Part shown: one piece after another, positions 20,048 through 30,105 of the stretch
Layout: each line of letters opens with the position of its first letter
How positions within the stretch are numbered: position 1 is the stretch's first letter
Source of the DNA: an uncultured Actinomycetota bacterium
GTDB lineage: Bacteria > Actinomycetota > Actinomycetes > JAFAQI01
Direction: 5' to 3'
Assembly: GCA_963770565.1 (NCBI GenBank)
Contig: CAVYQE010000002.1
Span: 608,001 to 672,000 of the forward strand
DNA length: 64,000 nt
Notes under the pieces: model-generated
The model's database searches: none
Told to the model about the DNA's origin: nothing
Seen by the model: the letters and a program-made list of their open reading frames with translations, nothing else
Program-made: the position numbers and the translations under genes

Positions 20048-20793
20048 TCAGCTCAGGAACGCCGCGCAGCAGTGCCGCGGTGCCGTCGACGTGCTCTTCC
20101 ATCTCGGCCCGCGCGCGGTCGGGCTGGCCGGCCAGGATCGCGTCCACGATCGCCGCGTGCTGCACGGTCGGAGTGCGCGATGTTGGCCGGGATGACGGGG
20201 ATCGCGCGCAGCAGCTCGGTCCAGCCGCATCTGGACGTCGGCGACGACGGCGGCGACCGACGCGCTGCCGCCGGCGGCGGCGATCGCCATGTGCAGGCGG
20301 CAGTCGGCGAGCCGGCGGGTCCCGGCGCGGCAGTCGGTCGCCTCGTCGCAGGCAGCGGTGCAGGCGTGGCCCGGTCGGCGGCGGACAGCGTCCGGGTGGC
20401 CGCCAGCGCGGCCGCGCCCGGCTCGACGATCCGGCGCAGGTCGAGGGTGTCGTTGAGCGACGGCGTGACCGGACTCGTCGATCCGCTCGGCCGCGCCGAC
20501 GGGCGCAGCAGCTTGGGCGAGACCACGAAGGTGCCACCGCCGCGTCCGCGCCGCGACTCGACCAGGCCGGCGTCGCGCAGCGCCTTGATCGCCTCGCGCA
20601 GCGTCACCCGGCTGACGCCGAACGTCTCGGCCAGCTCGCGCTCGGGCGGCAGCTGGTCGCCGCCGACCAGCACGCCGAGCCGGATGCCCTGCGCGCAGCC
20701 GCTCGACGGTGACCTCGAAGGCGTTGCGCACCGGCACCGGGGAGAAGACGGAGCGCGCCCACAGCGCCTCGACGTTGCCCGCTCGTCGGTCAT
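20048..20793 (-). CDS. FadR/GntR family regulator (EpuRI-like position); frameshifted
   Basis: VFSPVPVRNAFEVTVERL, LPPERELAETFGVSRVTLREAI, RRGRGGGTFV, FCD-like QHAAIVDAILAG. Confidence 0.88.
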
Positions 20794-21548
20794 CGCGCAC
20801 CTGCTGACGCGCGATCGCCGCCACGCGGCGCAGGCCGCACGAAGCCGGCGAACAGAGTGGCTGCGCCGTCGTAGACCTCGGGGTGCCACTGCACGCCGAC
20901 GGCCCAGGCGGGGCCGGCCACTTCGAACGCCTCGATGGTGCCGTCGTCGGCCCAGCCGGTGGCGGTCAGCCGCGCCGGGAGCTGGTCGACGGCCTGGTGG
21001 TGGTAGGTCGCGACGTCGGTGCGCGACCGAGCAGCTCGGCCGAGCCGGCTGTCCGCGGCCAGCGCGCACGCGTGGTGGCGGCCGTGCGCGCCGAGCGTCG
21101 GGCAGTGGCCGTCGTGGCCGACGACGTCGGGCAGGTGCTGGACGCAGCGTGCCGCCGAGCGCGACGTGAGCACCTGCATGCCGCGGCAGACGCCGAGCAG
21201 CGGCAGGCCCCGCTCGCAGCGCGGCGCGCGGTCAGCGCGATCTCCCAGGCGTCGCGGTCCGGGCGCGGCCGGCCCGGTGCGCTCGTGACGGTGCCGCGCC
21301 GTAGCGGCGTCGGGTCGACGTCGGCGCCTCCGGTCAGCACCAGGCCGTGCGACGCCGTCGAGCACCGCTGCCGCCGCGCCCGCCGGGTCGGCGTCGCGGC
21401 CGGCGGCAGCAGCAGCGGCGACGCCGCCGGCCGGCGTCGATCGCGTCGGCATAGCGTCGCCGGCAGCAGGTCCGCAGGCTCGTCCCACACCCCGAACGCG
21501 GCGCGCTCGCGGTAGGTCGTCAGCCCGATCCGCGGCGCCTGTCGTCAT
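20790..21548 (-). CDS. Gamma-glutamyl-gamma-aminobutyrate hydrolase family (peptidase C26); frameshifted
   Basis: GLVLTGGADVDP, RDAWEIAL, LLGVCRGMQ, TYHHQAVD, GVQWHPE. Confidence 0.88.
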   Translation of the reverse strand: MTTGAADRADDLPRARRVRGVGRACGPAAGDAMPTRSTPAGGVAAAAAAGRDADPAGAAAAVLDGVARPGADRRRRRRPDAATARHRHERTGPAAPGPRRLGDRADRAPRCERGLPLLGVCRGMQVLTSRSAARCVQHLPDVVGHDGHCPTLGAHGRHHACALAADSRLGRAARSRTDVATYHHQAVDQLPARLTATGWADDGTIEAFEVAGPAWAVGVQWHPEVYDGAATLFAGFVRPAPRGGDRASAGAR

Positions 21549-24078
21549 CGGACGGCCGCACGTCGCTGCCTTCGCGTGGGCCGCACGTTCCACGCCGTCG
21601 AAGAGCGGCTCGCTCACGACCGCGCCCGGCACCCACTGTACCGAACAGGTCGATCTCGACCGCGCGTGCCCGGCGCGGCGTCGCGATCGCCAGGTAGGCG
21701 TAGGCGATCGAGCGGCCGACGGTGTAGCCGTAGCCGCCCGACGTCACCCGGCCGACGACCCGGTCCGTCGACGCGCACCGGCTCACTGCCGAGCACGACC
21801 CGTCGCGGATCGTCGAGCACGATGGCGCACAGCTGTGCGGTGCAGCCCTCGCTCTCTTGCGCCTGCGACCAGCGCGTCGCGGCCCTCGAAACCGCCGGGC
21901 TTGTCGAGCTTCACGCAGAACCCCAGCCCGGCCTCGTACGGCGTGGTCTCGGCGGTCAGGTCGGTGCCCCAGACCCGGTAGCCCTTCTCCAGCCGCATGC
22001 TCTCGATCGCGCGGTAGCCGCCGGCGACCAGGCCGAACTCGCTGCCCGCGGCCCACAGCTCGGACCACAGGCGCGGCGCCGTACTCCGACGACGCGTAGA
22101 GCTCCCAGCCGAGTTCGCCGACGAAGGTCACCCGCAGCGCGCGCACGGGGATGTCGGCCACCGTGATCTGCTGCGAGGTCATGAAGCCGGAAGGCCTCGT
22201 TGCTGAGGTCGGCCGACGTCAGGCCGGCCGCAGGATCTCGCGCGCGCTCGGCCCCCAGAGCGCGTAGCAGCAGTACAGGCCCGGTCACGTCGGCGATCCG
22301 CACATCGCGCATCGCGCCGCCGCGCCTGCTTGCGCAGCCAGGCCATGTCGTGCGTGCCGTACGCCGTGCCGGTCACGATCGAGGAAGACGTCGTCGCCGG
22401 TGCGCGTCACGGTGAAGTCCGCCTCGATGCCGCCGCGGCGGTTGAGCGCCTGGGTGTAGGTGACGTCGCCGATCTCCGCGCGCGACGCGGTTGTCGCAGG
22501 CCCAGTCGAGGAAGTCCGCCGCGTCCGGCCCGCTCACCTCGATCTTGGCGAACGACGACTCGTCGAACAAGCCGGCCGTCGTCCGGGTGGCCAGCGTGCT
22601 CGGCACCGGTCGCGGCCGACCAGTACGCGCCCGGCCCAGCCGTCCGGGCGCAGCCGGCGTCGTCGCCGGCGCGCGGCGTTGGCCTCGTAGTAGTCGACGC
22701 GCTCCCAGCCCGACTTCTCGCCGAACTCGCGCGCCGTGCGCGCGATGCCACTCGTACGCCGGGCTGGTCGCGCAGCGGGCGGCCGGCCTGCGCGCTGCAG
22801 CCCGGGATAGGGGATGTCGTAGTAGCGCTGGTAGCTCTCGATCGTGCGGGCCAGTGTGTAGCCCGGCGAGCGCCACTGCCGCCCGAACCGGTTGATGTCC
22901 ATGTGCCAGACGTCGAAGCTCGGGCTCGCCGGCCACGATCCACTCGGCCATCACCTTGCCGATGCCGCCGGCACCGGCGATGCCGTGCGCGCAGAAACCG
23001 GCCGCGACGAAGAACCCGGCGACCGTCGGTCTCGCCGAGGCAGAACTCGTTGTCGGGCGTGAAGGCCTCCGGCCCGTTGATGATCCGTGCGTACCCCGAT
23101 CTCGGCCATCGCCGGCACCCGGCGCTGGGAGTTCGGCGCGATCTCCTCGAACCGCGGCCAGTCCTCGGGCAGCAGCCGTCCGTTGAAGTCCGGCGGGATC
23201 GCGTCGAACGTGCGCTGCGGTCGCGGTGCAAGGCGCCGGGTCGCGCTCGTAGCCGCCCATCACCAGGCCGTCGACCTCCTGCCGGAAGTAGACGAGCAGG
23301 TCGGGATCGCGCAGGGTCGGCAGCGGCTTGTCGCGACGCGGCAGGAACGCCTCGGTGATCAGGTACTGGTGCGACATCGGCACCAGCGGGATCCGCACCC
23401 CGGCCAGCCGGCCGATCTCGGCGGCGAACATCCCCGCCGCAGTTGACGACGATCTCGCAGTCGATGTGGCCGCGGTCGGTGCTGCACGCCGGTGCACCCG
23501 GCCCGCCGGTGACGTCGATGCCGATCACCCGGGTGTGGGTGAAGATCCGGACTCCGTTGGCGCGCGCGCCGGCCGCGAGCGCGTAACACAGCTGCGACGG
23601 GTCGAGGTAGCCGTCCGACTCCAGGTAGGCCGCCCCGACGACGCCCTCGGTGTCGATCAAGCGGGAACCGCTCCGCCGCTTCGGCAACCGAGATCTCGTG
23701 CAGCGGCAGGTCATACGTGCGGGCCCAGCTGATCTGCCGGCGGATCTCCTCCAGCCGCTCCGGGCTGGAGGCCAGCTTGATGCCGCCGCTCTCGGTCCAG
23801 CCGACCGGCTGGTCGCCGGCCTGCAGCCGGCGGTAGAGCTCGACCGAGTACATGTTCATCCGGGTCAGCGTCGGGTCGGCCCGCAGCTGCCCGACGAGGC
23901 CGGCGGAGTGGAACGTCGAGCCGCTCGTCAGCTCGGCGCGATCGAGCACGACGACGTCGCGCTCGCCCAGTTCGGCGAGGTGGTAGGCGACGCTGGCGCC
24001 GCCTACCCCACCGCCGATGACCACGATCCGGGCCGCCTCAGGCAGCTCGCGTGGTGCGGTCACGGCGCGCATCATCAT
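21545..24078 (-). CDS. GcvT-family FAD-dependent oxidoreductase (dimethylglycine / 4-methylaminobutanoate oxidase-like); frameshifted
   Basis: VIGGGVGG, SGSTFHSAGLV, LPTLRDPD, NGPEAFTPD, GEKSGWER, RVTFVGELGWELY, RLEKGYR, VTSGGYGY. Confidence 0.88.
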
Positions 24079-24100
24079 GGACCCTGCGATTCGCAAGTAA

Positions 24101-24121
24101 AAGGTCTGGGGGCTAGACCTT
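24101..24121. promoter_or_regulatory. Putative FadR/GntR operator in divergent promoter region
   Basis: AAGGTCT-GGGGGCT-AGACCTT perfect 7-bp arms. Confidence 0.65.
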
Positions 24122-24220
24122 CCGGCCAGTAGGCCCTAGCATCCCATCCACCTCGGCCACGAGCGCGCGATTCATCCATTCGGCGCGCTGGTTCGAGCCT
24201 GCGCGGGACTGGGGAGGGAC

Positions 24221-25210
24221 GTGACCGCTGCACGCTCGCCTCATGACGCCTCCGAGCCCGTCCGATCGATCCCGCTGCCGACGACCAGTCGCGCCTCGCG
24301 CGCCACGGTCGCCCGGGTCTCCGGGCTGGCCGGCGAGGACGTTCACCGCTGATCTGCTGCCCGGTGGCCTCACCAACCGCAACTATCGGGTCACTGCCGC
24401 CAACGGGCGCCGCCTGGTGGTCCGGCTCTCCTCGCCGCAGTCCGCGTTGCTCGACGATCGATCGCGATGCCGAGCACGCCAACGCGGTGGCCGCGGCGTC
24501 GACCGGCGTCGCGCCGGCAGTGTTGGCCTACGCCCCGGACCTGGGCGCGCTGGCGATCGAATGGATCGAGGGCCACGACCTTCACCGCCGCCGATCTCGA
24601 CGACGACGCGACGCTCGCCAGGGTCGGCCGCGACCTGCCGCCGGCTGCACGCCGGGCCGCGGTTCGCGACCGACTTCGACATGTTCGACGGTGCAGCGGC
24701 GCTATCTCGATCTCGTGACGGCGCGCGGCTTCCGGCTGCCCGCGGACTACCTCGACTTCATGCCGATCGTGGCCAGCCGATGCGCGACGGCCCTCGGCGG
24801 TGCGCGCCGGGAGCCGACCGTGCCCTGCCACAACGATCTGCTCGCGGCCAACATCATGGCCAGCGGCGAGCAGCATGTGGTTCATCGACTACGAGTACTC
24901 CGGCAACGGCGATCCGTGCTTCGAGCTCGGCAACCTGTGCAGCGAGGCCGACCTCGGCACCGACCGGCTCGACCGAACTGGTCGCGGCCTACTACGGCTC
25001 GGCCACGCACCGGCAAGGTGGCGCGGGCCCGATTGCTCGGCTCTGATGTCCGAACTACGGCTGGACGCTGTGGGCTTGCAATCCAGGCGGCGACGAGTGA
25101 TCTCGACTTCGACTTCTGGGCCTGGGGCATGGAGAAGTACGAGCGAGCCGTCGCACGCTTCGCGGCATCCGGACCTGCAAGGCCTCATCACCGATGTCCA
25201 GCAACCGTGA
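24221..25210 (+). CDS. Choline/ethanolamine kinase family phosphotransferase; frameshifted
   Basis: LPGGLTNRNYRV, IDRDAEHAN, PCHNDLLAANI (Brenner motif), FIDYEYSGNGDPCFELGN; GGAGGG before GTG. Confidence 0.85.
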
Positions 25211-25230
25211 GCTAGAGGGGAAGAGCGTCC

Positions 25231-26817
25231 GTGACAGATCATCTCGCAGCTCGACGAAGACGAGCAACGACTCGCCGAACTCGGCTACAAGCAGGAGCTG
25301 AACCGCTCGTGGTCCGGCTTCTCGCAACTTCGCGATCTCGTTCTCGATCATCTCGATCCTGGCCGGTTGCTTCACCACGCTTCGGCGTCGGCTGGAACAA
25401 CGGCGGCCCGGCGGCGATCGCCTGGGGCTGGCCGATCATCGGCGGCTTCATCCTGGTCATCGGGTTCTGCATGTCCGAGCTGGTCTCGGCGTTCCCGACC
25501 TCGGGTGGGATCTACTGGTGGGCCTCGAAGCTCGGCGGCGCCAAGGCCGGCTACTACACCGGCTGGCTGAACCTGATCGGGCTGCTCGCGATCGTGGCCT
25601 CGGTCGCCTACGGCTGCGCGACCTTCTTCGACCTGACGTGTCGGCACGTTCAGCACGTCGTGGGCCAGCCACTACTCGCTGAACCGCGTGTTCATCGAGT
25701 TCATCGTGGTGCTGTTCCTCGCCGCGCTGATCAACATCTTCTCCAGCCACCTGCTGGCGATCCTCAACAACATCTCGGTGTGGTGGCACGTGTTCGGCGC
25801 GGCGGCGGTGGTCGCTGATCCTGATCTTCGTGCCCGGGCCACCACGCGAGCCTGTCACAGTGTTCACGCGACACGGTCAACAACACCGGCTTCTTCGGCG
25901 GGCAAGACGAGCGGCGTCGGGCTTCATCTTCTACGTGCTGCCGCTGGCTCGGCGATCCTCACCCAGTACACGATCACCGGGTACGACGCGTCGGCCCACC
26001 TGTCCGAGGAGACCAAGAGCGCCGCCAACTCGCGCGGCCAAGGGAATCTGGCGCTCGATCTTCTATTCGGCGATCGGCGGCTGGATCCTGCTGCTGTCCT
26101 TCCTGTTCGCGGTCCAGAACGAGGACAGGCGTCACCGGCGGCCGGCGGCGCGGTCGCTGAGATCTTCAGCCAGGCGCTCGGCACCAACTGGCGCGGCACC
26201 GTGCTGGTCATCTCGACCGCCGGGCAGTTCTTCTGCACCGTCGCCTGCATGACCAGCACGACCCGGATGCTGTTCGCCTTCAGCCGCGACGGCGCGGTCC
26301 CCGGCGGCAAGTACTGGTCGAACGCTCAACGCCAACCGGGTGCCGGTCTACGCGCGTCCTCGCGTCAGCCGTGATCGCGGTCATCCTGACGCTGCCGGCG
26401 CTGGTCAAGGTCGACATCGGCGGCGCGCCGGTCCCGGTCGCCTTCTTCGCGGTCGTCTCGATCGGCGTCATCGGGCTCTACGTGGCCTTCGCGATCCCGA
26501 TCTACTACCGCTGGAAGGCCGGCGACAGCTTCGAGGGCGGGCGAGTGGACGCTCGGCTCGAAGTACAAGTGGATGTGCATCGTGGCGCTCGATCGAGATC
26601 GTCGATTACCTCGATCATCGCGCTGCTGCCGACCTCCCTCGGCGGCGTCCCGTGGAACGACCGGCTTCGCCTGGAAGTACGTGAACTACACGATCCTCGT
26701 CGTGCCGGGCGCCCTGCTGATCCGCTGTGGATCTGCTGGCACCTGTCGGTGAAGAACTGGTTCACCGGCCCGAAGCACACGATCGATCTCCCGGAGCAGC
26801 CCGCCCCGGTGGACTGA
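25231..26817 (+). CDS. APC family amino acid/amine permease; frameshifted
   Basis: GGPAAIAWGWP, SELVSAFPTSGGIYWWA, QYTITGYDASAHLSEET, RMLFAFSRDGAVP, WFTGPK. Confidence 0.88.
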
Positions 26818-26837
26818 GGGAGTCGCTCCACATAGTT

Positions 26838-26877
26838 CGTGAGGGGTTGCGCACAGCGACGTGCGCAACCCCTCACG
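26838..26877. terminator. 17-bp-arm hairpin (terminator or REP-like)
   Basis: CGTGAGGGGTTGCGCAC-AGCGAC-GTGCGCAACCCCTCACG downstream of permease. Confidence 0.7.
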
Positions 26878-26890
26878 CATGTCCCGTCCC

Positions 26891-26923
26891 TTGACAGGGT
26901 CATCGGTTAGTGAGAACTTACCG
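26891..26923 (+). promoter_or_regulatory. Probable leaderless promoter with overlapping ArsR operator
   Basis: TTGACA at 26891; imperfect palindrome CGGTTAGT-GAGA-ACTTACCG just before GTG 26927. Confidence 0.5.
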
Positions 26924-26926
26924 TTC

Positions 26927-27274
26927 GTGGCGGCTTACCGAACGCAGGCACTCGAGGCGCTGGCCGACCCGACCCGCCGGTCGATCTTCGAGCTGCTGGG
27001 CGCGGGTGGCCGCTCGGTCGCGGAGATCACCCGCGACGTCCCGATCAGCCGGCCCGCGGTCTCCCAGCACCTGAAGGTGCTGAAGAACGCCCAGCTGGTG
27101 ACCGTCCGGCCGATCGGCACCCGTCGGATCTACTCGCTCGATCCGGCCGGGCTGGCCACGATCCGCGCCTACTTCGAGCAATTCTGGAGCCAGGCGCTGG
27201 CCGGCTTCGCCGCTGCGATCGATGCCGGGGAACCAGACCCCGGCGACCCGCCACGCACCAAGGAGGAGCCATGA
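26927..27274 (+). CDS. ArsR/SmtB family regulator
   Basis: ALADPTRRSIFELL, ISRPAVSQHLKVLK, GTRRIYSL. Confidence 0.92.
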   Translation: MAAYRTQALEALADPTRRSIFELLGAGGRSVAEITRDVPISRPAVSQHLKVLKNAQLVTVRPIGTRRIYSLDPAGLATIRAYFEQFWSQALAGFAAAIDAGEPDPGDPPRTKEEP

Positions 27275-27750
27275 CCGCACCGACCGGGAGCGACACGATC
27301 GTCCGGGTCGCCATCGAGGTGGCGACGACGCCGGAACGCGCCTTCGAGGTTTCCACCACGGGCTTCGATCGCTGGTGGAACCGCAACCATCACCTGCTCC
27401 CCGGCGCGCTCGCCGAGGTCGGGTTCGAGCCCTTCGTCGGAGGCCGGGTCTGGGAACGCAACGACGCCGGCGAGCGCTGCGAATGGGGGCGCGTCCTGGC
27501 CTGGGATCCGCCGCACAACGTCGCCTACTCCTGGCTGATCGGCACCGACTGGGCGGTGCCGGCCGCCGACGCACCCGGCAGCCAGGTGACGGTCACCTTC
27601 ACTCCGACCGGGACCGGCACCCGGGTCGAGCTCGTGCACGACCGGCTCGACGTCCACGGCGAAGGTTGGGAGTCGATCCGGGACGCGATCAGTCGCGAGG
27701 GCGGCTGGCCCGGCCTGCTGGCCCGCTTCGCCGGCGTCGCCCAGGCCTAA
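27271..27750 (+). CDS. SRPBCC/AHSA1-like domain protein
   Basis: PERAFEV, FEPFVGGRVWE, WGRVLAWDPP, GTRVELVH, GW; ATGA overlap with ArsR gene. Confidence 0.88.
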   Translation: MTAPTGSDTIVRVAIEVATTPERAFEVSTTGFDRWWNRNHHLLPGALAEVGFEPFVGGRVWERNDAGERCEWGRVLAWDPPHNVAYSWLIGTDWAVPAADAPGSQVTVTFTPTGTGTRVELVHDRLDVHGEGWESIRDAISREGGWPGLLARFAGVAQA

Positions 27751-29255
27751 GCCGGGACCCCCGCGGTCTCCGACTCGGACTCGACGTCGGCACCCGGACT
27801 TCGCGGCGTGGCCATGACCTGCTCCAGCAACGCGAGGATCAGTACCCCGCCGATCGCCAACAGCACCGAGCCGACCCGAAAGGCCAGCACATAGCCGTGG
27901 GTCACGGCGACCGCCGCGTTGGTGCCGTTCCGGATCTGCCCGGCCGCATGTCGCAGCCCGAGGGTGACCAGCACCGACAGCCCGAGCGCGCCACCGACCT
28001 GCTGCATCGCACTCTGGACACCCGAGGCCAGCGAGGAGTTCTGTCCCGTCACCTGATGCAAGGACGCGTTGCCGATCGCCGGGAAGCACAAGCCTGAGCC
28101 GAGGCCGAGCACGATCATGCCCGGCATCACGTTGGCGACGTACGTCGAATGAACGTCGATGCCGCTGGTGAGGAACATGCCGAGCGCGGAGAGGAAGAAG
28201 CCGCCGGCAAAGATCGGCTTGACCCCGAACCTCGGCATCAGCGTGGTGCCAAGGCCGATCCCGGCGCCGATGCTGAGGCCGAACGGCACGTAGCCGAGGC
28301 CGCCCTTCAGTGGCGAGTAGCCGAGCACGTGCTGCTCGAACAGCGTCAGCAGGAAGAAGTAACTGAAAAACGCCGACGAAAAGAACAGCGTGGTGAAGTT
28401 CGTGACCACCCGGGTGCGGTTCTCGAAGAACTCCAACGGGATCAACGGCGAGTCCGAGCGCGCCTCGATCCAGACCATCAGCGCGAGCAGGGCGAGGCCA
28501 CCAAGCAAGGGCAGCAGCACCCGGGCCGACCCCCACGGATGCGACGCGGCCTGCAGCAGGCCATCAACGACCGCGATCAGGCCGGCGGTGCCGGTGATCG
28601 CGCCGCCGTAGTCCGGCCGGGCCGAGTCGCGCACCATCCGGCTCTCGGCAACCAGGCGGGGCACCATGATCAGCGCGAACGCCGCGACCGGCAGGTTGAT
28701 GAAGAAGATCCATCGCCACGACGCCAGGTCGACGAGGACGCCGGAGATCACCGTGCCGGTCGTGCCGCCCAGCCCGGCGATGCCACCCCACATGCCGAGC
28801 GCCTTGATCCGCTCCCGCGGGTCCGGGAACAGCAGCGCGACCAGACCGAACGACGCGGGCGCGGCCAGCGCCTCACCGGCGCCCTGCACGAACCGCGACG
28901 CGACCAGCATGCCCGGATCGACCGCCGCCCCGGAGGTCGCCGATGCCACCGCAAACACCCCGACACCGAGCAGGAACAACCGCCGGCGGCCGAGAATGTC
29001 CGCAAGTCGCCCACCAAGCAGCAGCAGACCGCCGGCCATCAGCACGTAGCCGTTGACCACCCAGGCAAGCCCGGCTGCGGAGAAGCCGAGATCGTGCTGA
29101 ATCCGCGGTAGCGCGACGTTGACGACGGTGATGTCGAGCACGAGCATGAACTGCACCAGCCCGAGCACGCCGAGCGCCTTCCAGCGCCGGGGGTCGGGTC
29201 CGGTGTCGGGAAATTCGGACAAGACGCTCCAATCGGTCACTGCCCAGCCTGGCAC
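27747..29255 (-). CDS. MFS transporter, DHA2 (EmrB/QacA-like)
   Basis: LDITVVNVALPRI, GGRLADILGRRR, WRWIFFINLP, QQVGGALG. Confidence 0.92.
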   Translation of the reverse strand: MPGWAVTDWSVLSEFPDTGPDPRRWKALGVLGLVQFMLVLDITVVNVALPRIQHDLGFSAAGLAWVVNGYVLMAGGLLLLGGRLADILGRRRLFLLGVGVFAVASATSGAAVDPGMLVASRFVQGAGEALAAPASFGLVALLFPDPRERIKALGMWGGIAGLGGTTGTVISGVLVDLASWRWIFFINLPVAAFALIMVPRLVAESRMVRDSARPDYGGAITGTAGLIAVVDGLLQAASHPWGSARVLLPLLGGLALLALMVWIEARSDSPLIPLEFFENRTRVVTNFTTLFFSSAFFSYFFLLTLFEQHVLGYSPLKGGLGYVPFGLSIGAGIGLGTTLMPRFGVKPIFAGGFFLSALGMFLTSGIDVHSTYVANVMPGMIVLGLGSGLCFPAIGNASLHQVTGQNSSLASGVQSAMQQVGGALGLSVLVTLGLRHAAGQIRNGTNAAVAVTHGYVLAFRVGSVLLAIGGVLILALLEQVMATPRSPGADVESESETAGVPA

Positions 29256-29421
29256 ACGCCGGTGACAAGTTTTTCTGGCGGACGGCCGCCCGAGCGGTGC
29301 GCACGCTCAATCAGCCGGGCGGCAGCGGTGCAGATTCTGCGATCAGCGGCATACCCGGGCTCGCGCCCGGGAATCAACGAAGTACGCCGCGATGTCGCGA
29401 CGCAGGTAAGGAGTGAGACCC

Positions 29422-30069
29422 ATGACCACACGAACAACGCACGCCGAGCGCCCGAGCACGATGACAATGGCCCGCCGCCGAGGAGTCGTCAGCGGCCTTC
29501 TGCTGATGCTGCTCGGCGCCTGGGGCGCCGTCGTCCCCTTCGTCGGTCACTCCTTCAGCTACGGCTTCACCCCTGACAACACCTGGACCTGGACCGCTGC
29601 ACGCGGCTGGCTCGAGGTGCTGCCCGGTGCGGCGACCTTCCTCGGCGGCGCGATTCTTACCGTCAGCGCGGATCGGGTGAGCGCCACCATCGCAGGCTGG
29701 CTCGCCGCCGCGGCCGGTGCGTGGTTCGTCATCGGCACGGTCATCGCGCCGGTGTGGAGCGCGGGGAACATCGGGGTGCCGGTGGGCAGCACCGACCATG
29801 CGGTCCTCGAGCGGATCGGGATGTTCGACGGTCTCGGCCTGGTGATCGTCCTGCTAGCCGCGATCGCTCTTGGCCGGGTCAGCGTGCTCGACCGCGCGGT
29901 CGTCGCGTCCGACCCGCTGGACACCGGCGCAGTGAACGTCGTCGAGCTGCCGCAATACCCGGTCGCGACATCGGCGACCGCACCGGCAACCACGTCGACC
30001 CGAACCTCGGCAACGGCGCCGCTGGTCGACGAGCCGATGCCGTCATCCCCCACCCCGCCGCGGACCTAG
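29422..30069 (+). CDS. Conserved actinobacterial membrane protein
   Basis: RRRGVVSGLLLMLLGAWGAVVPFVG...WLEVLPG; about four hydrophobic helices; AAGGAG RBS. Confidence 0.75.
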   Translation: MTTRTTHAERPSTMTMARRRGVVSGLLLMLLGAWGAVVPFVGHSFSYGFTPDNTWTWTAARGWLEVLPGAATFLGGAILTVSADRVSATIAGWLAAAAGAWFVIGTVIAPVWSAGNIGVPVGSTDHAVLERIGMFDGLGLVIVLLAAIALGRVSVLDRAVVASDPLDTGAVNVVELPQYPVATSATAPATTSTRTSATAPLVDEPMPSSPTPPRT

Positions 30070-30105
30070 TGTCACTGGCCGTCCCGGCCGGATCAGCTTG
30101 AGACG

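Noticed and set aside
16408-26817. Whole-pathway pseudogenisation or programmed frameshifting
   Set aside because: Indels are dense and scattered with no slippery-site pattern noticed; intact catalytic motifs and sharp boundaries fit sequencing error better.
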